Virus record (IMG/VR): IMGVR_UViG_3300020411_000002 | Source: a virus | Lineage: Duplodnaviria; Caudoviricetes | Direction: 5' to 3' (one strand) | Length of the DNA: 64,000 bases | Position numbers and translations under genes: made by a program | Notes under the pieces: generated by a model | The model's input: only the letters and a program-made list of their open reading frames with translations | Told to the model about the DNA's origin: nothing | Database searches by the model: none | Shown here: in pieces, positions 39,051 to 47,100 of the stretch | Position numbering within the stretch: the first letter of the stretch is position 1 | Layout: each line of letters begins with the position of its first letter

Positions 39051-39686
39051 TTAAAATTGGTCTAAGTCATCATCGTACTGACCGATATCTGGATTTACCC
39101 AAATAGAGCCAGGTCCTATGCTAGAGCCAGGGTCTGTACTACTAATAACTATGTTGATGTTTCCAGCAGGGCCTTGCTCTCCACGTGGGCCAGTAGGACC
39201 TGTAGCACCAGTAGGTCCAGTTGGGCCTACATCACCACGCTCACCTTTCTTTCCTTGCAGTCCACGTGGGCCCATAGGTCCAGCACATCCAGCAGGACCT
39301 GGAAGTCCAACTTGTCCATCACGACCATTCTGTCCATCTTCACCACGAGGGCCTGTAGGTCCAATAGGTCCAATACAGCCTTCGTCACCAACTTCTCCAT
39401 CTTTACCATCGCGTCCATCACGACCATCTTCGCCAGCTTCTCCTTGAGGACCTTGCTGACCCTGAGGAATGCTATCGAATGTAGGAAAGCCAGTAATAGC
39501 AATCTCATTACCGCTAGCAAATGTTAGAGTAAGAATGCCGCTTCCTTGGTCATAAAATCCAGCTTCGATTTCGCTGGTGGTGTCAACTGCTTCGCTAGAC
39601 GTAGCAAGCTTTCCGTTTTTGACAACTACACTACTGCCTTCGTCACCTGATGACCGTACCATAGTTACAGGAATTTTTGTAAGCAT
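39051..39686 (-). CDS. Collagen-like fibre protein
   Basis: MLTKIPVTMV, FYDQGSGILTL domain, long Gly-X-Y run, ends TDPGSSIGPGSIWVNP. Confidence 0.8.
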   Translation of the reverse strand: MLTKIPVTMVRSSGDEGSSVVVKNGKLATSSEAVDTTSEIEAGFYDQGSGILTLTFASGNEIAITGFPTFDSIPQGQQGPQGEAGEDGRDGRDGKDGEVGDEGCIGPIGPTGPRGEDGQNGRDGQVGLPGPAGCAGPMGPRGLQGKKGERGDVGPTGPTGATGPTGPRGEQGPAGNINIVISSTDPGSSIGPGSIWVNPDIGQYDDDLDQF

Positions 39687-39688
39687 AA

Positions 39689-40150
39689 TTAAACCCTGTT
39701 ATGTACTAAAATGCCATTTAGAAAATATGTATCACACATATCAACCTTTAGCTCGAATGTTTGTACACTAACTTCTATAAAAGAAATTGTCTCTACTTGA
39801 AATTGCGTAGAGTGTCCAAACATAACATCACCTTTTTGAATTTGTGGAGGCTTTTTCCATTCCCAAAAATCATTACGCTTGATTAAAATGGGTTGGTCGG
39901 CTACAAAGTGCATCAAGTTTATTTTATAGTATCCACTACGTATAAATATTTCGCGGTCTATAACAGTGCCTTCAATAACTTTTCCTTGAACGTCTTTTGT
40001 AGCCCATTCCATAGCGAACTCTTGATTACCAAATCTAGAACTAGGCATAGCACCTATTCTTAATGCAGTAATCTGATCGCCTACGAATACATCTTGTGTA
40101 TTCTTACTTTTAAGAGTATCTGTTCCTGTAGTAATCCTTTGCTTAATCAT
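39689..40150 (-). CDS. Stand-alone Hint-domain protein lacking Cys1 and block-B TxxH
   Basis: VFVGD, IQKGD, KVDMCDTYFLNGILVHN-RV; TAATG coupling to the upstream gene. Confidence 0.85.
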   Translation of the reverse strand: MIKQRITTGTDTLKSKNTQDVFVGDQITALRIGAMPSSRFGNQEFAMEWATKDVQGKVIEGTVIDREIFIRSGYYKINLMHFVADQPILIKRNDFWEWKKPPQIQKGDVMFGHSTQFQVETISFIEVSVQTFELKVDMCDTYFLNGILVHNRV

Positions 40151-41661
40151 TAGTGCTTAACCGTTTGTGTTGTGTTATGGACAACAATAGGCTCATGTCC
40201 GGCAAAGTAGTTATCGTATGGTTCAACGTCTAGTACGACAACATTGAGATTTTCTTTAACTTGATCGATAGACTTGATTTCAATAACTCCATCTGTACCT
40301 TTAAGAAAGTCACCAACTTTAATGTCAGTCGCATCATACCAACCCCACTGCTGATTCTTTCTAACTAGAACAGGGTGGTCTTGGGTAATACATACGTCAT
40401 TGTTAATCTTCCAATACTGAGTGTAGCTAGCATTGTAAGCAACTCGCGCTGTAGTAGGTACAATCTTCGGATTCTTGAACTCTGTAGTCTTCCAATCTTT
40501 CCAATTTCTTTCGTCTTCGTCTAGCATTCCTGTCGAAGTAAAGGACTGTAGAGTATCGCCTACTTTAACATATTTAGCTCGTTTAGTACTTCCATCCCAC
40601 ATAAGAATTGGAGTATCTTCGTGTACACAACCACCGCCACCAACTATGATAGGACCTCCAGGCTCAGTCTCTTCACTATTATCTCTGCTGTTGTAACCTG
40701 AGAAAGAGAAGCGAATATTCTTGATAGACAAACGTTTATTGTTATCGCCTCTATCTGTAATAACGAGTTCCATCTTACCAGAAAAGCTATAGCTTTGTTG
40801 AGGTTGAATAGTACGTAATGCAGCAATCTTTAGTGAACGTGACGTAGTAGAACCGTCAATAGAAATTCCAGCTTCACGCATACTGTTATCAGTATCGACC
40901 CACTTGTAACTGAAAGGACCTATTCCACCTTCAAAGTTCGTTAATGAAAGAATAGCGTTACCGCCGTAAGAATCATCAGTAACGTGAGCTAGTCTAACAC
41001 TAACATCTGTTACTTGTCCTGACATTGGATCAGCTTCTACTATCGGTGAGGGAAGAGAAGTGCCACTAGGTCGCGCCCAAAGAAAGTAGTTTGAGTCTGG
41101 TGCGTTCTCTCCATAGTATACTGTTTCCGCTGGTTTGATTCCTTGTATACCACGTTCACCAACTATACAGCTAGGCCCAGCAGGTCCAACAGGTCCCATG
41201 TTACCAACGTCACCATCTTCACCAGTGTCTCCACGCAATCCAATAGGACCGGGACACCCCATATATCCAGTAACACCAGTTTCACCATCATTACCATCTA
41301 GACCTTTATTGCCAGCTTCACCAGTAGGTCCAATCGGTCCTTCGCATCCAGTCTTTCCTTTCTTACCATCACGACCAATTCTACCATCACGACCTTTCTT
41401 GCCAGCAGGGCCTTTATCTCCACGAGGACCTTCACCCATCTGACCGAGCGTTAAGAATCCAGACACCTCTACAACTTCACCATTATGTCTGACAAAGTTG
41501 AGTGTGCCTGTTCTCTTGTTGAATCCGATTTGTGCAATAGCTCTTTCGCTAACAGGTTGTTCTGAACTGTATGCTAAACTTTTTAGGGAATCAGTCTTTA
41601 AACTAGTTCCCTCTTTATTCTTGCTAGGTACAAGACTTTTAATGTTAGCTTCTTGTGCCAT
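40150..41661 (-). CDS. Collagen-like fibre protein with C-terminal Hint domain
   Basis: FNKRTGTLNF domain, Gly-X-Y run, beta domain, IVGGGG-CVHEDT...TQDH...VVHN-TTQTVKH. Confidence 0.85.
   Translation of the reverse strand: MAQEANIKSLVPSKNKEGTSLKTDSLKSLAYSSEQPVSERAIAQIGFNKRTGTLNFVRHNGEVVEVSGFLTLGQMGEGPRGDKGPAGKKGRDGRIGRDGKKGKTGCEGPIGPTGEAGNKGLDGNDGETGVTGYMGCPGPIGLRGDTGEDGDVGNMGPVGPAGPSCIVGERGIQGIKPAETVYYGENAPDSNYFLWARPSGTSLPSPIVEADPMSGQVTDVSVRLAHVTDDSYGGNAILSLTNFEGGIGPFSYKWVDTDNSMREAGISIDGSTTSRSLKIAALRTIQPQQSYSFSGKMELVITDRGDNNKRLSIKNIRFSFSGYNSRDNSEETEPGGPIIVGGGGCVHEDTPILMWDGSTKRAKYVKVGDTLQSFTSTGMLDEDERNWKDWKTTEFKNPKIVPTTARVAYNASYTQYWKINNDVCITQDHPVLVRKNQQWGWYDATDIKVGDFLKGTDGVIEIKSIDQVKENLNVVVLDVEPYDNYFAGHEPIVVHNTTQTVKH
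40174..40629 (-). other. Hint (intein-like) domain 2, 152 aa
   Basis: Cys1, TQDH, DVEPYDNYF, VVHN with +1 Thr; no endonuclease. Confidence 0.9.
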
Positions 41662-41664
41662 ACG

Positions 41665-44091
41665 TTACCCCAAATTAGGCGATACATCGACTACCAAGTT
41701 AATCGTTAGTGCTGAACCATAATCACTTACGCGACCGTTACGTACACGCATTTTAGCAACTATCTCAATAGCACCAGTTGGGTTATTAGCTTTCAATACG
41801 TTCCAGCTTTGAGTAATTGATTTATCTGCATAGGCATACGTGCCTTGCTGTTCTGGATTAGTTACATTGAAACCACTGCTACCAGTACCTTTAATGTTTC
41901 TACCATATTCAGGTTCGTTAAGGCTGTGCGTTCTAAATCCAAGAACAAATTCAATGTTCTCTAATCCATTAGCTGACGTAAAGCCGGGACCTAGTCTAGC
42001 ATTGAAGTCTGCTGTAGCTTTAACAATAACATCACCTTTAAAGTTCACACGTTGAGTATAGATAATCTCTTCCGCGTTAACTATTCTGTGTTGGTTATTG
42101 AACACAACAGGTTTGTCTTTTGCTATTTGCTGACTTAGTTTAGATTCAATCGTGTACTCAGGAAAAGTACCAGAAACTTTAATACCCGTTCCACCTATCA
42201 TATTGAATCGAGGAACTGGAATACGTAAAGGTTCTAAGTTGTGACGTACAAGCTCAATACTCTTAGACGTTACTAACGCATCAGTAACAACACCTTGGAT
42301 ACTGCTATCAGGATTGCCTTGGCTTAGTACGTTTCTGAATATCTGAACTTCGATTTCTTGATTCGCATCAATGTCTCTGCGGAAAATCAAACGGTCATCT
42401 ACAATATCGTACAAGCTACGATTAGCGTGAAGACCTTGTTCAGAAACAAACACTAGACCCTTATCTTGGGGACTGAATGGTAGTTGAAGAACACGCGTCA
42501 GGTCTTTAGTGACATAGTTCTGAGTGTGAACATGAGTTGCATACCCACGAACTTCTTGTGTAATGAACGCATTGATTTCTACAAGTAACCCTTGTGCAGG
42601 TGCAGTAGTGAAAACAATCTTTTGATTATCTTCATCGATAACGTAGTTGTTTATGCTCTGCAAGAAAGGGTCTACGTATACCAGACACTGACTAGAACTA
42701 GTTATCTTTTCTTCACCTACTACAGGGATATCGAATTCAGTTTGATTACCATCTGCAATGTATTCTGCATAACGAATATTTAGCAAAGCACCTGTACTTG
42801 GAGTAAGCGTAAACAAACGCGCATCAATTTGGGTTTCACTAGGTAAGTCTTCTGAGAATTCAATTGCGTTTTCTGTAATCTCAAAAGCTTCTCTGTGTTG
42901 TGTGACGCCGCCAAGTGCTACCATTGCATAGTTGTTATTCTTAGCATGGCTGTAGTAATGAATTTGGGCTTTCTGACTCTGTACTTGCGACAAATCTTTT
43001 TGATAGAGAACAAATGTACGAGAACCTGCTGCGTCCTCTGGCTCTGTTACATAAGCACTCATTTTTAATGTGCCGGGCGGGTGGTACAACGTACTACCAT
43101 TACCAGAAGCTTTTAGTGGAGGCACCCAACGTGGACTAGTAACCCCACGCTCTAATACATAGTTAGACGGTACTTCTTCGTTTAACCAACTTAATGACGT
43201 AGCGCCGTAGTTGCCTGAACGTGGATACCAGATTGAAATAACGCTGGTATCTGATAGCGCACTAAATCCAGTTCCTTTAGCAATGTATGCAATGTTATCA
43301 CCGTTCTGAGTAGCATCGAAGATACGAGTCTCACCAGCCCCAGGTCCTTGAATAACTTGCACTACAACTACATCGCCAGCTTGTACGTTACCAAGTTCGC
43401 TAGCATCAGGCTGTTTGAATTCCGTTTCGTCGTAAACGTTTTCGTATCCAACTTCACCGTTAAAGATTCTAGTATATCCAGAGAAGCCCCAATGTGCGCC
43501 TCCAGGTCCGAACTTCTGAGCAATGCCGGGTACTGCGTTTCCATCTAGCGACCATTCAAGTGTCTGTACACCAACTGCATTTGCAATAGCACTAACAGGG
43601 CTAGGTAAGTCTTCAACTGTAGGTACAGATGGGATAGAACCAAACTCAGATAACGTTACATCAATAGTGCCTGCTTCTACTTCGCTAATGTGCAGCATAG
43701 CTTCAATGCGAATTGATTCGGCAGACGACTTAACGTAAGGCTCAGAATAAACACAATGACCTAGCACTGTGTTGTCTTCTAATAAAACAACTAGCTCACC
43801 AATAGTGATAGAGCTAGTTGCGTTTGCATCAGGTATACCTTGTGGAATATCTAATGTGAATCTAACTGTATTTTCTGACAATACTTGTACGTAAGAAATG
43901 TTACCTGTATAGACAGTGTTGCTTACGAGGTTGTCTGGGATACCACCCTCTTGTTCGTAGAAGTCTTCAACGTCTGATACTTCTAAATCACCTAGCTTGA
44001 ATGCTTTAGGGGCGACACGAATGCCACCCGCATCTGCATTAAGAAGTGATTGACGACCTGCTTCTGTTAAGTGAATTATGTTTGGTGTCAT
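41665..44091 (-). CDS. Baseplate-attached tail fibre protein (P2 gpH/DUF3751-like N-terminus)
   Basis: IHLTEAGRQSLLNA...FKLGD N-terminus; internal repeats of DGNQTEF...LVYVD...IVFTTAP..G..VEI type. Confidence 0.7.
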   Translation of the reverse strand: MTPNIIHLTEAGRQSLLNADAGGIRVAPKAFKLGDLEVSDVEDFYEQEGGIPDNLVSNTVYTGNISYVQVLSENTVRFTLDIPQGIPDANATSSITIGELVVLLEDNTVLGHCVYSEPYVKSSAESIRIEAMLHISEVEAGTIDVTLSEFGSIPSVPTVEDLPSPVSAIANAVGVQTLEWSLDGNAVPGIAQKFGPGGAHWGFSGYTRIFNGEVGYENVYDETEFKQPDASELGNVQAGDVVVVQVIQGPGAGETRIFDATQNGDNIAYIAKGTGFSALSDTSVISIWYPRSGNYGATSLSWLNEEVPSNYVLERGVTSPRWVPPLKASGNGSTLYHPPGTLKMSAYVTEPEDAAGSRTFVLYQKDLSQVQSQKAQIHYYSHAKNNNYAMVALGGVTQHREAFEITENAIEFSEDLPSETQIDARLFTLTPSTGALLNIRYAEYIADGNQTEFDIPVVGEEKITSSSQCLVYVDPFLQSINNYVIDEDNQKIVFTTAPAQGLLVEINAFITQEVRGYATHVHTQNYVTKDLTRVLQLPFSPQDKGLVFVSEQGLHANRSLYDIVDDRLIFRRDIDANQEIEVQIFRNVLSQGNPDSSIQGVVTDALVTSKSIELVRHNLEPLRIPVPRFNMIGGTGIKVSGTFPEYTIESKLSQQIAKDKPVVFNNQHRIVNAEEIIYTQRVNFKGDVIVKATADFNARLGPGFTSANGLENIEFVLGFRTHSLNEPEYGRNIKGTGSSGFNVTNPEQQGTYAYADKSITQSWNVLKANNPTGAIEIVAKMRVRNGRVSDYGSALTINLVVDVSPNLG

Positions 44092-44127
44092 TATAAAACT
44101 TCCATTAATGTTTCTATAAAATTATAG

Positions 44128-47100
44128 TTATTCTGGTATATACCTTACAGAGAACTTGCCTCGACTAAAACCTCTAGCCGTTGTTCTATACAGATACCAA
44201 GCTTCATCTAAGTCGGTTTCATAGACGCGCGTAACAGTAATAGGTTCTTGCCATTCGCCAAACAATGATGTGTCACTATTTGGTTCTGGAATGTACGTAA
44301 ACTCTGCTCGACCCAGTGCTTTAGGGTGTGCGAAGTATCCATACTCGTCTGCATCTGGATTGATTTCAAACGTACCACCTGTTCTACTAGCCTGCTTTTC
44401 GAACTCACCCAAGTTATCATTGAAGCGAACAGAATTGTTAACACCATCTAAGTATGTTCCGAATAGTGGAAAGCTGGAATACACTTTGATAGTCTTCTTG
44501 TCCGTAAAACTAGGATAGTCTTTGGCTTTGATAGAGATTTCTATTTCTTTGTTTTCAACGATTGGAGAGATAGACAAAACGTTTTCGTCAAACTCTGCGT
44601 CAGGTTCATTGTAGTTAAAGAAAAAGAAAGCACTGTCTGAAACATCAAGAGTATCAGGACCTTGTGAAGTAGAACCAGTCATGATAGCACCAAGTTCATA
44701 TTCACCTGCATCTATAATAGCAGTCTGTACAGTTTGAGGCAGTGTTAAGGTTATATCCGTAGGAGTAAACTGCATAAGCAACGTATACTCAAAATCTTCT
44801 GAGATAGTTCTTAACCCTTCTTTCGCTGTAGCACGTAGTACCATTACTGTGTTGTTCGTTAACTTGGGAATCTTAAAGCCTTTAGTTTCGGCATCATACG
44901 AAATACCAATAGGTCCGCTTACTACATACCATGTTACCATAGCATTTGGGTCAGTAACGTATGTTCCATCACGCCTTTGAATTCTAACAGTAGGAACAAA
45001 GATTGAATCAGGGTCATCATAAACAACTGTTTGACCCGACTGCTCGATTACATCTATTGCTTTAGAGCTTTCAATGATGAAACGTAATGAGCTAGCAACT
45101 GTTTCAACTCTATCTTGGGCAGCAGCAGGGTTACCTGCATCTACTGCGTCTGTGCTTCTAGCGAATTCCTCAGTGTACACACCGTTAATAATAACTTGCG
45201 TATCTGTTTCGACAGGATTAACAAGAAGTCCAATTACGTTTCTACTAGGCTGAGTAAGGCTTACTTTGTTACTCGATGTTTCTAGCGACCACTCAACAAC
45301 TTCTGGATCGTAGAAATTACCTAATTCATCGTTACGCTCGACCTTTGCTTTAAATCGATAGAACAGTTTACCGCTTGTAGGGTCAATGTCTGCAAAGCTA
45401 TCGGGATTGCCGGGCAATACTGCTACATCAGGAAGACGAATAATCTCACCAGCACCAGTTGCATCTGACGGTGTTGTGTTACTGCTACGTTCAAACTGAC
45501 CATCGTTAGTAATGTTGTACATGTACATGCCTGTAAGAATAGCATTAGTACTTTTCATGAAAACATCTAACTGTTCAGTAAACTGCGTAATGCCGTCATC
45601 ATAGTCGGCGTATACCAAAAGCTGCGCATTGATATTGATACGAGGATACAAGTAACCTTCGTTATCTATTTCAGCAATTTGAATTGACTGGAAAACCTCT
45701 GATAACTGTTCTTCATCTAATTCACTAACTTCATAGATACTCAAATCATCATGAGTAGGCAACAATGAACGGTAGCTTTCATTTACTGCAAGTAAAGCAG
45801 TTAGTACTTCCGCTTTGTTAACTACATCTACACGCCAATCACTCGATACCATGTAGGTGTCACCAAGGTCATCGTAATCAACAACTAATCCATACGAGAA
45901 GTCTAGCGTGTTGTCTGCGTAAATCTCACCAGGTCCTTCAATACGCGAATTCAGAATCTTATCGATTGCTTGAACAGGGTTAGCATTGCTAGTGATAGTC
46001 ACTGATTCTACTTGTTGGAAATATCGTGCAGTTACTTTGAAGCTTTGCTGCTCTCCGTCAAGTAAGGTTCTTGTTTGAATCACTGCGCGTGGATATTCAG
46101 TTTCAGGGTCATTGTCGATAATGTTCTTAACTGCTTGCGTCCAATCTGCTTGAACCTCTTCTGCTAGAACTTTAAAGAACAACTCACCGTCAATTAGTCT
46201 ATCTACTTGTGCTTGCGTTAGTTCGTTACTGTCTAACCAAACTCGGTCTACACCTATAAGTGCTTTAACTATTCCCTCAATCGTAAACTGACCTTGTGTT
46301 AAGTCTGCTTCAATTTCTTGATCGATAAAGCTAGGCTCAATACTCCATGTAGCGTTTGCTTGTTCTTGTTCACCATTCGCATAAGTAACAATAGCAGTCA
46401 AGAATGTACGCGTACCCTCAGGCATGTTTTCGGCGTAAATAATCTCCAAGTCTTCTGTTAAGAAAATCTTAGGTGTTACGCTGATAGAGGTAGCATAAGT
46501 AGAGTAAGGAACTTCCGTTAAGTCAAGTTCTTCATCAGTTAGGACAACGCCCTCTTCTGGAACGTCTAACGGGTTTATATAGTAGATGTATATATCCACC
46601 AGCCCTTTAATCTGTTCGAAGTTTGTTTCTTCTGTATCGCTTAGATATTCAATAAGAAACTGCGGGTGGTCTAGGCTTTCATCGATAGCATTGAACTGAT
46701 CGTCAGATAGAGAAAGAATAACAGGCACGTTGTCTTCATGTTCTAACTCGTATCCAGAATCAAGACGAACGTACTTAGATAAAACCCTGTCACCTTGTTT
46801 TAGTTCGACACGATACGGAATAATCTGAGTATTGCTATTGTCATTCCAATCAACATAGAAGCGAACTCGATTAGTGTTACCTTGAGAAAGTGATTGAGGC
46901 ATAAGGGCTTCAATACTGTTTACTTCTCTACGTAATGCTTTGACTTCTACTGTTTTTGAAGTTGCTAACTTAACAATACTTTCGTTGTCGTCCTCGTCGT
47001 AACGGTACACATCAATGATTGCATTCACGCTTACATTGATTGCGTCATCGTCTACACTAGGTGCAGTCATTAAACCAGAGTCAGATATTTCTGTGCTAAC

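Noticed and set aside
39689-40150. Stand-alone Hint as half of a split intein
   Set aside because: It is a full-length fold with only a 2-aa C-extein, and no complementary N-fragment gene is present.
30636-41443. Pro-rich + strand ORFs (30636..31103, 39118..39447, 41135..41443)
   Set aside because: They are antisense shadows of Gly-X-Y codons (GGN read as NCC); no SD, and fully inside real genes.
30329-41661. Diversity-generating retroelement or invertible fibre cassette
   Set aside because: No reverse transcriptase, recombinase, adenine-variable template/variable repeat pair or flanking inverted repeats seen in this window.
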